A stretch of 60,914 nt of DNA, filler included, from Basidiobolus ranarum (taxonomy: Eukaryota): the NCBI GenBank assembly GCA_040143965.1. It is 6 parts of 6 records of this genome, joined end to end, with 100 filler letters (N's around TTAATTAATTAA, not from the genome) between each part and the next. Parts side by side here need not be neighbours in the genome. Positions count along the whole stretch, not along the records: positions 40,707 to 50,763 come from JASJQH010000747.1; positions 50,864 to 60,914 come from JASJQH010000748.1; 4 more parts are not named here. One strand, 5' to 3'. Shown here piece after piece: positions 49,520 through 60,914 of this stretch. The notes below the pieces were generated by a model. The model was given only the letters and a program-made list of their open reading frames with translations, was not told the origin of the DNA and made no database searches. The translations under genes were made by a program, and so were the position numbers. Every line of letters begins with the position of its first letter. The stretch's first letter is position 1.

Positions 49520-50289
49520 AATTAGAGAAATTGGTGGTTCCCACTTATTAATTTATTAAGTTGAAAGTTGACATTTATAGTTTTTTCAGGACGTAAGCAA
49601 ACCAACATGTAGAATGTGTTAAGGAAGGTCCCAAGAACATGTGTGCAAGGTTTGGGGCTTCTAGCATAAGTTTGAAAATTACATATATCTGAAAACTTCT
49701 AAGTTGGTAAATATATTCTAAGCAAATTCCTCATGCAAACAATGCGTAATATCTTAGTGGGATGCAAGATAACTAAATACTAAGCTATATATGCCTAGAT
49801 AGGTATATAGGCAATGCTAATTTCAACACTCTCCCTCAACTAAATAGTAATATAAATTAATCCTAACAAAGGTCCAAATTTCTATCTACCTAATGGTTTG
49901 GTTGATATATCTGTAATCATGTCTTCTGTAGAACAACAAGTTAAGTCAATAAGCACATTCTCTATAGTTTCTCTAATAAAAAGATATCTACTATCTATAT
50001 GCTTGCTTCTAACATGAAACATGGGATTTCTAACAAGTTTGATCCAACTTTGATTATCTTGAAACAGTATAGTTGGTTAATTTTGATTATAGCCCAAATC
50101 TTATAAGAGTTTTGATAACCATATTATTTTTTTTATTGCTTTACAGGCAGCTACATATTCTGCTTCTGTTATTAAAGGTACTATGGTAGGTAGTTTCTCT
50201 GAACTCTGAGAAATAGCCCCATTACAGCAAAGAAATAAGTATGCTGTTGTAGATCTCCTGTCTTCAATATCCACTCCTCCATTTGAATA
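49520..50289 (-). mobile_element. Ty1/copia 3' end: decayed RNase H, polypurine tract and 3' LTR
   Basis: DRRSTTAYLF...AISQSS...TEAEYVA, KHIDSRYLFIRE and DISTKPLG motifs with stops; PPT AGTTGAGGGAGAG (49841-49829) directly followed by the LTR start TGTTGAAATTAGC at 49828. Confidence 0.9.
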
Positions 50290-50763
50290 CATTGAAATTA
50301 GCATTGCCTAAACACCTATATAGTCATGTATAGCTTAGTACTTCTTTATGTTATATTTCACCAAGGTATTATCCATTTTTCTCAATTGGAATTTATTTAG
50401 AATATTTTTTGACCAACTTAAAAGTTATCAGATATATAGTTTTTCAAGCTTGTGCTAGAAGTCCCAAACTTTGTTCACATGTTCCTGGGACCTTCCTTAA
50501 CCTATTTTACATGTTGGTTTGTTTACATCTTGACAAACCCATAAATGTCAACTTTCAACTCAAGAAATCAATAAGTGAAAGCCACCAATTTCTCTAATTC
50601 TCCAAACCACTTCCAACAGGCTCCCAAATACTTTAACAGTTTATGAGCCCCAAGCTTGCACTCTCTGTAATGTCAACTTCTTAAAATTTTGGATCTTGTC
50701 CCTCTTCTGAAAAATGGATGTAATCAATAATCAAGTTTGGAAAATTAAAATGAAAATGCTGCT
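50290..50763 (+). mobile_element. Second copia element 5' end (LTR 50290-50638, PBS, decayed gag start), opposite orientation
   Basis: LTR ends ...CTTTAACA, then GTTTATGAGCCC (copia-type GGTTATGRGCCC primer site), then QVWKIKMKMLL, a copia gag N-terminal motif. Confidence 0.85.
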
Positions 50764-50863
50764 NNNNNNNNNNNNNNNNNNNNNNNNNNNNNNNNNNNNN
50801 NNNNNNNTTAATTAATTAANNNNNNNNNNNNNNNNNNNNNNNNNNNNNNNNNNNNNNNNNNNN
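50764..50863. other. Artificial contig linker
   Basis: N44-TTAATTAATTAA-N44. Confidence 0.98.
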
Positions 50864-51888
50864 TTGAAGATCCCAATTGTAATGCTGGACAGTACACTAT
50901 GAGTGTGGCAGCTCATCTCAAATACTGGGATATTGTATTTGGAAGCGGTTGCGTTTAACGACCCAAACTAAAACTCACATCCTGATACGCCAGTCGTATA
51001 TTGGAATATGCATCCCGATACATAAAAATGAAATTTTGTTAATAAAATCCGATAGAGATTAATACTTGCCTACAATATTCACAACCCAATTTAATGGAAA
51101 TTCCGAGTAATCTTACTTTACTCATCAATTTTTCCCAATTTCCAACGCGTCGATGGTCTAAATTTCCTCATCAAATGGCGTAAACAGACAATCAAACTCC
51201 GGAACTGATTGGAGCAAAGTCATCCAATAGTCATCAGTTATTCAGGTCAAGTGATAGATGTATTCGACGTATCAGCTACCCTTATCGCTATTGCCCTTAT
51301 CGCCATTGACGGGATGAACTAACTAGAAATAGAACTCTACCAGCAAGCAGAGAGTTTCGAAAATAGCCGTAGAAATATGTGATCAGCTTTTGCTAAGAAA
51401 CTTAACATCACTTCGAATTAGCAGTGTTACTACTCACGTATTATCGTTGCTTTGATTATTGATCGTAACCATAGTCCTGTTGATTGATGATACACCCTTT
51501 TGGGGTTTTGGGAATCTTTACCACGTATACGCCTTTAAGCCTATCGTTTCTTATCATTTCTTTTTGGGCTTTATTGCCACGTAGTATAGAATATACAGAT
51601 ATGCTATATAACCCTAAGTATATGATAGGAAATACTGATATGTGACTTACTATTTCTATTTCTAAATTCATCATTTTGATTATTACCTGAGTGTGTAATT
51701 TACCTTTGAGTTGTATGTTACGTGGGTTAAGATTGTCGCGATTATCGCTTGCTGAATGGAGTGAAATGGCGATTAGTAGACACTGAAAATCACTTGAAGA
51801 TAGGAGGTTTGACAAGTACTTATGTGGCCATTAGAACCAATCACCATAATTGATTTTCTCTACATTTATCGCTAAGGAATCCACTAGA

Positions 51889-51964
51889 GACACAGGTAAT
51901 TTATATGATACTATGATAACTGTAGCGACACAGGTAATTTATATGATACTATGATAGCTGTAGC
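51889..51964. repeat. 38-bp tandem duplication
   Basis: GACACAGGTAATTTATATGATACTATGATA[A/G]CTGTAGC twice. Confidence 0.85.
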
Positions 51965-53753
51965 AAATTGAAACAGAGATACATGCGAAACAAATTCGAA
52001 AGAACTTTTTTTGATTTATTAAGTCTTACCTTTGCGATCATGTCAATGTGATCTAATTTGGATGGATGACGGAAATGGATGTTTACTCAAACCTAAGATT
52101 ATTCACCATCTTAATCTGAGGCACATCGGTCAAATTCAGTACCCCAGTGGCTTATGATGTTTACTGGTAATCAGATGATTTAAATAGCATTCAAACCTTC
52201 AATAACTTTTGGAAAGTTGATTTTGCAGATAGTTCCATTGTTGATATCCAGCAAACAGGCTGTGAAATTCAATATATTAACATAATTTGCAACAAACTAT
52301 GATTCTGAATCTGGTGTGGTATTTTCATTGGCTAATGTACATGGGAAATAATGCAAAAGTTATGCTAGTACTCAAGACTGCTTCACTTTTTTTGATGCAG
52401 CCTGAAAATGACAATATATGCGCATTCCTTTTATGATTCAACTTCATATTTGTTACATTGATTAATGATCACCCAAATAATGGCCTTGGATAATGAGAAG
52501 GTGTACGCACTGCACTTGATGATGCAATCTATTCCTGAATTCATTACAGCTAGTGTAGATGAAGGGGGGAGAGGAATAGATATAAAAGTAGTAGAGATAG
52601 GTTGCCCAGTGAAAGAGTAAATGGGATTTTTAAAGAGGTATGGAATAGATGCATAAGGAATGAAAGGGGACAAAATTTTGCATGAGGTACAAAAGAGAAA
52701 AGAGGATGAAGTTTTAGGTTAATTTGGCACTAAAAGTATGTTGAAAATGACATGGCTTAAGCATCCATATAGTCATATAGTTAGCTACCTAAATATCACT
52801 ATGTTATTATTCAATATATTCATGAGGAATTTACGCTCAATATTGAGACCAACTTGGAAGTTTGAAGATTATATGATTATCTCAACCTTGTCCAAGAGAC
52901 CCTAAACTTTATACTCTACACGTTGGCTTGCCTACCACTTGACAAATATTTAATCCAGATACTATAATCGACCTCATCAGACAGAAAAAATACACCAAAC
53001 GCAACAATTAAATCACTTGCACTGAGGATTACTAACATAGAATCGACTACGGATCTAGCTGCCGAAGGACTTTCATAGCTTAACCCGCCAAAACTCATCA
53101 ACTATTTGGAACTATCAGAAGGTACAATCCTGATTAAGTTACTGGAGGATACGGGACTTTGCTATTTAGCCACAAGGGTAGGTCTGATGCACCATGTGTC
53201 CCAATAATGATTTGAATTATGTACTAGTTAAACTGCTTTTTCTTCAATTTGAGTCATACAGTGCATATGAAACCACGAAAGAGAAGAACTGAAATATTAT
53301 CACAGAATATAGGATATAAACACTATCTTCTAACAACAGAGAACCTTCCCTCCTTCTCTATATAAAGCAGACAAGAAAATGCAACACTGTTCTATTAACC
53401 AGTATTTGCTAAGCTATAAAGGTATTAGAGTTGACACTGAATCTAATTGAGTAAAGGGAAATGAATTTATTCAGTATGCTAAAAATTGAATTTTGTAGCA
53501 GAATTTAACATCCAATGCGCTAAGCATGATTTATCGATATTCAGAGGGTTAACTCTGATATTTCCACGAGCTATATATATTTACCCACAACTAAGCATTA
53601 AGACCAGATTTGCAAGCATTATACTATAGTATATGATTTGTTAATCTAATTCCAGTATCCGGTCACAGCCAAGTCTAGAGGTTACTTTTATCACAAACGC
53701 GAAATATTGCATTTAGATTGATATTTTCATTTGATCGTAGATGAGAAAAAGGA

Positions 53754-53915
53754 AGGAGGCGGCGCATAGCGCTCACCTCCCACAAACAAAAATTTAACAG
53801 TCGAGACACCCCTAAGGATGTTCGCGTCAAGGACCCTGAGACGCTGTGCAATGCTCAATTTCCAAGACGAAGAGCTCACCTACATGATCGTAAGCTCCCC
53901 CTGCCAGGTAAGTAT
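53754..53915 (-). ncRNA. U1: U1 spliceosomal snRNA
   Basis: Reverse complement starts ATACTTACCTGGCAGGGG; loop I GATCATGTAG, loop II ATTGCAC, CTCGACTG, Sm site AATTTTTG, 3' GC hairpin; about 162 nt. Confidence 0.95.
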
Positions 53916-56284
53916 GCTTACTACCCAAAAGAAGGAACCAGTTTTAATTCAAATTGGCATTCTTGTATATTATGGGATGCTATATAAAATAGGATTCAAA
54001 TAAATAATGATCTCTTCACATATTCAAATCGCTAATAAATAATATTACACAAAACTTGGTAAACCTTCACCGACACGAAGCAAGAAATTCAATAACATGG
54101 TGGTTGATGTTTCTTCAGTCGATATAAATTGGATCATTAATACAAACCTACTGTCTACCCAATACCATTGCCTATAAAATACATTAAAAAGACTCAAACT
54201 ATGTGTTTTATAGATTGATCAACACACTCATCGATCGGTCCTTCGTCATTTTGACTGTCATTATTAACTTGATCTGGGTTCTCCTGATTCACAGTTTAAC
54301 GGCACAAGTTTCCTTTAAAGCGGTGTTCGTACCCATGCATTTTCTCTTTAACGTATTGCTCGATTTTCAGTGTTCTCTGGGCTTGTGCAGATAATGTGGC
54401 TTCGTTATCAGTAACTTCAGTTGCACTTCGATACCGTTCCGAGGCTAATTGATAGCTTTCCCGTCGTAACATATATCGCTGATATAACATGTATTACTCA
54501 TACATTTGACTCTTATATTCTACCTTCTTCGCTAATTCCTGAAATATACGTATGTTTCATTGCAGCTTGTGGTATGAGTATATGAGTATCTTTCCGCCTT
54601 AAGAAACGGCAACAGTCACCCCATATGAAATCGAAAAATATCCATCATGAACCCTTTCTTGTATAATCTTCGTTTGTAAGCCGTTGTAATTCTGACTAGT
54701 ATTTTTAGAGAAAAGTCAATAAAGTAAATTGTAACAGAGTAGCGTAAATAAAATCTTGGTACGCGGTAGGGTCACCTTTGAGTTAATCTTGGTAGATTGA
54801 AAAGTGAATAGTATTTTTCCGTAGAATCTCTCGGCTTCGGAAATGAAGTAACGAACGGAAAATATTGACATATCAACCAATCGGAAAGCCGTCGTCACGT
54901 TTTCTTCCGCCAAAATGGCATCCGGATGAACGGTACCATCATAAGTAAGCCGAATTTGGATTATAATCCCGAAACTCAGGAACTCTTAAGCTACCACCTC
55001 ATGGAGTGACTCTTGATCGACACTAAGCACTTCGTCACACAAATCGAAGCTGTTAAAGTGTACGTTGACTTGTATTGTAAATGATCAACGATTTTATTTC
55101 TTTTCGTAAGGAAAAGATTAGTGGAAAGTGACTACTATATGATTGGTTCATCCCACGAGTGCCAGCATACCAACATTCCTACAGTAGATGTCTGAACTTT
55201 TATTCACGTCATATACTATCCATCTCAGTTAAGTGGAGGGTTCTACGTGACTTTCTTCCACTTCTTATCTCTTTTCCGATGCTACGTTTGGGTTGTGGGC
55301 TGAGTGTCTTAAATCCGGAATAATTTCTTTCGTATTCCATTGTTAATTTTTCGTAAATGGTGGCTTAATGTTAACCTGATCATATTCATATATTATTATC
55401 AATATTAGCTCTTCCAAGTGGCAAATATGTTTAGGTTGAAGGAAAATGAAGTCAACAATTGGATGATCAATAATGCGACATGAAGAAGTGGACAGAAGCG
55501 TGTGTAGTATTAACCGTATGAAACCAAAAGCCAAGTGTTAGTGATTTTATGATGTTAGAATCGATTCTAGACCACGAAAGTTCACCTGTTAAATGCGTGA
55601 ACAATGTTTATCCCTTCTCTAAGCAAAATCAATTCCGCTTGGCTATAAATTCGCTTGCCTATAATCAAAACAATACACGTTTACTATCACCTATGTATCG
55701 AGAAGTTTAAAATTATTTCCTAGTTCGATCAAACTGCCCGCTTAAAGGTTTAAGATTAAGTAAACGCGCGCTAGGCCATCATATCTTCATCAATAGTACA
55801 TAGCGTCATATCAGGATATGGTATCAGGTGATGGTATCAAACCCCTAAATCTATAGAAACCAAATATAACAGAATTGGAATCCAAAGGATTTTCTCTTGA
55901 TTTGGTTATCTACTTGCCCAAAACTTTCTTAAGGAACCTGGATTCAGACCCGATCGCAATCAAAAATAAAGATCAGTGATTAACAGCAACCAACAATAGT
56001 AATTTCGCTCTGGTCTATCTATCACTCACAATCATTGCCAATCCATCTCACTCCTATTTTGTATTAGTGCTCACTTTAGAACAATATTCCACCAATGAAG
56101 TTGTAATCTCGTTGGTGTAGAATAAAAGAACCGAAGGGAATCCGGAAAAACCATGAAACTCGTTTTTCATAAAAACAGACTGCGATATGGATTGAATTCT
56201 TATATAAAGCCCTGCTCTGAATGATATTGTGATAGTTCCCTCGCCTGGTAACAAAAGTTTCCCTCAACCTTTTAACTGCAAGTT

Positions 56285-57451
56285 ATGCACCTGACCCATC
56301 ATGCGTTATCTCCTTACCTAAGCTTCCACAGGGATCACGTCAACAAAGGAATCCATATTCCCTATCATTCGCAAGATTCGCTTCACATCCAAAGTGAGTG
56401 CGAATCGAGCCAAAGCTCAGCGGCATCTTCGGCCTCCTCTCTCGATTCGACCAACTGCCCACTGTACAGTGTTCCTTCTAGATTTGTGCTATCTAACTTG
56501 AAATTGAAAAAGTTCTCTGACGAACACAAAAGTCATTTTAGTCTATTCAAGAAACACAAGAGCCTCAAAAATCGAAAGGAGTCGTTCTTACCTTTACTTG
56601 AAGCGTTAAAAAAGCGCAATGCTCCTTCATTACGCAAGTTATATGGAGATTCAAGCGACCACGTGTCAAGTGGTGCTGGAGGTAGTGTTTATGTTACATA
56701 CTGCCCTCGGGATGGTAAAAAGTATGCCGTCAAGAGTTTCCGAAAAAGAGGTATTGACGAGAGTGAGAAACATTATTACGAATGGATCTCCAATGAAATC
56801 TACATTGCCATCTCTCTCTCACATCCGAATATCGTACAAACTGTGGATGTCGTGTTAGAACGTAACCAAATCCACCAAGTAATGGAGTACTGCCCCAAAG
56901 ACCTATTTACCGTTGTTAAGGAGGCTACGCTTACCCAAAAGAAAATGGATCACTATTTTGCTCAATTAATACAAGGATTAGCATATCTTCACCAACGTGG
57001 TGTAGCTCACCGTGATCTCAAGTTAGAGAACCTCTGTATCGATGAAGAGGATAATTTGAAGATTGTTGACTTTGGTTGCGCCTTTATTCTTCTAGACCCA
57101 TATGCTGAGGATAATAAAGCCTTTGCTTCTTCTATCGTTGGGTCCGATCCCTATATCGCACCCGAGATATTTGAAGGAGGAAGTTACGATGCAGCTAAAT
57201 CGGATATCTGGTCCGCTGCCATCATATATCTTTGTATGATTTTACGCAAATTCCCATGGGATATTGCTCGTACCAATGAAAAGAGCTATTCCAAGTTCCT
57301 AAAGTACCGCCACGAAGACAGATATTTCCGCAAGGTTCCAACCCAAGCTCTCAAGATCATCAGAAAAATGTTGGACCCCAATCCTGTCACTAGAGCCACT
57401 ATTGAAGAAGTATTACACGATCCTTGGTTCCAAAGTATCAAAAGCATGTAG
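56285..57451 (+). CDS. Ser/Thr protein kinase, HAL/NPR (Hal5/Sat4/Ptk-like) family, intronless
   Basis: SGAGGSV, YAVKSFRK, SLSHPNIV, HRDLKLENL, DFG, GSDPYIAPE, FPW.IA; TATAAA about 80 bp upstream. Confidence 0.9.
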   Translation: MHLTHHALSPYLSFHRDHVNKGIHIPYHSQDSLHIQSECESSQSSAASSASSLDSTNCPLYSVPSRFVLSNLKLKKFSDEHKSHFSLFKKHKSLKNRKESFLPLLEALKKRNAPSLRKLYGDSSDHVSSGAGGSVYVTYCPRDGKKYAVKSFRKRGIDESEKHYYEWISNEIYIAISLSHPNIVQTVDVVLERNQIHQVMEYCPKDLFTVVKEATLTQKKMDHYFAQLIQGLAYLHQRGVAHRDLKLENLCIDEEDNLKIVDFGCAFILLDPYAEDNKAFASSIVGSDPYIAPEIFEGGSYDAAKSDIWSAAIIYLCMILRKFPWDIARTNEKSYSKFLKYRHEDRYFRKVPTQALKIIRKMLDPNPVTRATIEEVLHDPWFQSIKSM

Positions 57452-58791
57452 ACATAAAAATCACCTGTGAATAGTCAAGACCATTTAACTGTAATAAGGA
57501 ACAAACACACTTATTAGATCATTTTGTAAGATACCGTACATATCCATCAAATAAACAAATGGATTATTGAATGACCACTTTTTAAAATTGTTTGGACCTC
57601 CGCTTATTTTATTTCCCATTTTTCATCAACTTTCCTATTTCTACTCAAACCTGCCCCATCATCTGGTTCTGCCTTTACTTGATCGGAGCATGCCAATATT
57701 TCCTAAAATGGCTTTTTTGACATTATTAATCTGAACAATAATTCCAAGTCTCTTAATCCTAATCTTCCTACAGTACAGTATACATCTACCTATATTTTGT
57801 AAACATTCTATCTTAAAGGAACGACCTAACCGAGTGGAGTTGAAGGCTTAGAGGCCCAGGGGGAATCAGGTGATGGTGGAACTCTAGGAGTCTACCTCGA
57901 GCTCGGGAAACCTTTCAAGTTACATGATTACCGAATCCATATTAAGTAATTAATAGCTTCATACAAGGAAAATGTAACAAGTGCAATTCGAAACAAGATA
58001 CCCAATTCAACACTGGGAAATCCCTTTACCTCAGCTGAAGTATTCTTAATAAGTTTACATGACATAATAATTCGGTTAAAATTATACGACGTTTAACTTA
58101 ACCAGATTGACTTTTTCTTCCGATCGGGTTGATGTTAACCATTTTTCGTAATAATAATCTAGTTCGAAGGGTTCAATTAATCGAACATTAATCACTCTGA
58201 TGATTCAATTTTTTACATAATTGTATGAATGAGGTAAGCTTGTATTGCAAATATTTATTGATGTTATTTATTGCTTTTTATTACCCATTTAATCGATTTC
58301 AAGATCTTTACGTGAAATTCCAGAATCTTCTCTATTTAAGACTCCACACGGCATGAATATTGAACCGATAATATAGCAAATAAGTCAAGATAGTTCAACA
58401 AAGAAGCCAATTCACCCGACAATATGCAAAAGAGTTTTGTTGATAATTTTCATATCGAGTTTGATCTAAACCTACGTTAATGACATCTGAAAACTAAAAT
58501 GGTGAGAATAGATGGCTATAAGGATGTGGCTTAGAAAAAAGAATCAGTAACCAATGATGAACCATTATTCTTCATCAATGAGACTGAAAACATGAACTAT
58601 CAATAGGAAATGATTTGATTGATTCTAAACCAAACTCAATATCACGTCACTATTCTATCAGACGTGGATAGTCACGCTTTTCATGAGTGAAAGTAAAGAA
58701 ACCAAACATGTACTAGAAATTGACTCAATCCAAATATCATTATAAATTGAACCAAGAGCTAGGAGTTGGAACTTATTTCTCTTCCTCAAAA

Positions 58792-59847
58792 ATGACTACA
58801 AAAAACACTCAAATTATCTTCAAGAAAATCCCCGAGGGTATGCCTGTCGTAGGCGAAGACATCGAGGTGGTCACCAAAGATTTCGATGTCAACCGTGTTA
58901 CTCTCAAGGACAATGATGTTCTCCTTCACAATTTGTACATGTCAGTGGATCCATACATGCGCGGTAGAATGCGTCCAGCTAAGATCAAATCATACATCTC
59001 AGCTTTCACACTTGGTGAAGTTATGCAAGCCGGTGGTGTCAGTGAAGTTATTAAATCCAAGAATCCTGAATTCAAAGAAGGCGATATTGTCAGTGGTATG
59101 ATCGGTTGGGAGAACTATACTCTCGTTTCTGAAGGTAAGGATTTGCGCAAGATTGAAGGTGCTCGTGAGTCGTCCATTCCATTGTCGTATTATCTGGGAA
59201 TTCTTGGTATGCCTGGTATGACTGCGTACATTGGTTTGTTCCACATTGGAGAGCCTAAGGAAGGTGAAACCATCTTCATCTCAGCTGCATCGGGTGCCGT
59301 TGGTCAAGTGGTTGGTCAGATTGCCAAGGTCAAAGGACTTCGAGTTGTAGGTACTGCTGGAGATGACTCCAAGGTTGACTACTTGGTGAAAGAGTTAGGG
59401 TTCGATGCTGCATTCAATTATAAGAAAGTTGACTTGAACCAAGAATTATCATCATCATGTCCCAAAGGTATTGACATTTACTACGAGAATGTTGGTGGTA
59501 AAATGTTGGATGCTGCATTGGAACACTGTAATGATTTTGCACGTATCCCCGTATGTGGTATGATTTCACAATACAATCGTTCATCCGACCCTGAGCCAGT
59601 TTACAACACCTTGATGATATTAACTAAGCGAATCAAGATGCATGGCTTTATCGTATTCGACATTGAACATTTATACGCTACCCAGTTCGCCAATGATGTT
59701 CCTAATTGGTTGAAGGAAGGTAAGATTAAGTATAAAGAGGACCTCATGGAAGGCATCGAAAATGCTCCTGAAGCATTCCTTCGTATTCTTCGAGGTGAAA
59801 ATTTCGGTAAACAAGTAGTGAAACTTGCTGATCCATCTGGCAAATAA
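58792..59847 (+). CDS. NADP-dependent alkenal/one oxidoreductase (PTGR/LTB4DH family, MDR), copy 1
   Basis: SVDPYMRGRM, LGMPGMTAY, SAASGAVG, GIDIYYENVGG, CGMISQYN, GENFGK; start set at the ATG downstream of TATAAA (58741). Confidence 0.93.
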   Translation: MTTKNTQIIFKKIPEGMPVVGEDIEVVTKDFDVNRVTLKDNDVLLHNLYMSVDPYMRGRMRPAKIKSYISAFTLGEVMQAGGVSEVIKSKNPEFKEGDIVSGMIGWENYTLVSEGKDLRKIEGARESSIPLSYYLGILGMPGMTAYIGLFHIGEPKEGETIFISAASGAVGQVVGQIAKVKGLRVVGTAGDDSKVDYLVKELGFDAAFNYKKVDLNQELSSSCPKGIDIYYENVGGKMLDAALEHCNDFARIPVCGMISQYNRSSDPEPVYNTLMILTKRIKMHGFIVFDIEHLYATQFANDVPNWLKEGKIKYKEDLMEGIENAPEAFLRILRGENFGKQVVKLADPSGK

Positions 59848-60216
59848 GCTTCGATCATATAAAAGAATGCCATAATTTGAAAAAAAAGGTATATCGGATT
59901 CAACAGTTTTATATGGAAAATGAGATTCAAATTCGATGATTATTGCATATTATTATCCTATTAAAAACGAATCCCATACAATTCTCGATAACACGTAAGA
60001 CATGACCATTTATCGGATCTTATTTATCCTCAAGAGTCAGGTATTTGACGAAATTGAACAAAATCAAGTAATAAGATGACATTAAATAATCCTACAATGA
60101 TGCAATATAAACAGTAATTAGTAAGCTGACTAATGATATAGGATATTTGGAAGCAACTTAAAATCAATAAAACCAAGGCTAGTCTTTCACATCACCACAA
60201 AAAACTATTCTTCAAT

Positions 60217-60914
60217 ATGGCTTCCAAAAACACTCAAGTTATCTTCAAACAAGTCCCCGAGGGTATGCCTGTCGTAGGCAAAGACATCGAGTTGGTCACC
60301 AAAGATTTCGATGTTAACTCAGTCACTCTCAACGAGAATGATGTTCTCCTTCGCAACTTGTATATGTCGGTTGACCCATATATGCGTGGTAGAATGCGTG
60401 CTCCAGAAATTAAGTCATACTCTCCAGCTTTCACTCTAGGTGAGGTTATGTTAGCTGGTGGAGTCAGCGAAGTAATCAAATCCAAGAATCCTGAATTCAA
60501 AGAAGGTGATATTGTGAGTGGCATGATTGGTTGGGAGAACTACACCATCATCCGCGATAACAAGGATTTACGTAAAATCGAAGGTGCTGTCTTACCTGGC
60601 AGCAAGGGCCTACGTAAGATCGAGGGTGCTCGTGAATCATCCATTCCATTGTCCTACCACCTTGGTGTTCTCGGCATGCCTGGAATGACTGCATACGCCG
60701 GTTTGTTCAAGATTGGAGAACCTAAGGAAGGTGAAACCATCTTTATCTCTGCTGCATCAGGTGCTGTTGGTCAAGTGGTTGGTCAGATTGCCAAGGTTAA
60801 GGGGCTCCGAGTTGTAGGTACTGCTGGAGATGACTCCAAGGTTGAGTCCCTATTGAAAGAGTTAAAATTCGACGCCGCATTCAACTACAAGAAGGTTGAC
60901 TTGGATCAAGCTCT
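60217..60914 (+). CDS. Tandem paralog of the oxidoreductase, copy 2, 3' truncated
   Basis: MASKNTQVIFKQVPEGMPVVGKDIELVTKDF...SVDPYMRGRM...LGMPGMTAYAG...SAASGAVG; open to the window end. Confidence 0.92.
   Translation, partial: MASKNTQVIFKQVPEGMPVVGKDIELVTKDFDVNSVTLNENDVLLRNLYMSVDPYMRGRMRAPEIKSYSPAFTLGEVMLAGGVSEVIKSKNPEFKEGDIVSGMIGWENYTIIRDNKDLRKIEGAVLPGSKGLRKIEGARESSIPLSYHLGVLGMPGMTAYAGLFKIGEPKEGETIFISAASGAVGQVVGQIAKVKGLRVVGTAGDDSKVESLLKELKFDAAFNYKKVDLDQA

Noticed and set aside
54190-55000. Short minus-strand ORFs, possible relic gene
   Set aside because: Fragmented, with no identifiable motif.
25023-60914. NRPS + MFS + SDR + oxidoreductase as one biosynthetic cluster
   Set aside because: The genes are on different, length-sorted contigs.

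Overview
Eukaryotic DNA, AT-rich with many short GT-AG introns. The gene content points to an early-diverging fungus; a Basidiobolus-like zoopagomycete is my inference, not something the sequence shows. The window is not one locus. It is six unrelated ~10 kb contigs (10082, 10079, 10074, 10071, 10057, 10051 bp, in descending length) joined by 100-bp N44-TTAATTAATTAA-N44 linkers. Contig 1: Nic96/Nup93 (partial), PP2A B'' subunit, PZP/PHD protein, and two unexplained non-coding units. Contig 2: copia LTR debris, a probably GPI-anchored S1 protease, and a CaMK. Contig 3: U6 snRNA, tRNA-Leu(CAG), and an MFS transporter divergent from a secreted Cys-rich tandem-domain protein. Contig 4: Slo-family K+ channel, DHRS12-like SDR, chitin deacetylase. 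Contig 5: an intronless bacterial-type NRPS (F-C*-A-T-E/C-A-T-TE) next to nested copia elements. Contig 6: U1 snRNA, HAL/NPR-type kinase, tandem NADP-dependent oxidoreductases. Three leads stand out. (1) A candidate iron/heme-acquisition module: the MFS and the Cys-rich repeat protein are surrounded by eight exact ATCWGATAA iron-GATA sites. (2) A probably horizontally acquired formylating NRPS, predicted to make an N-formyl D/L dipeptide. (3) A ~750-nt structured + strand RNA next to Nic96, possibly telomerase RNA.
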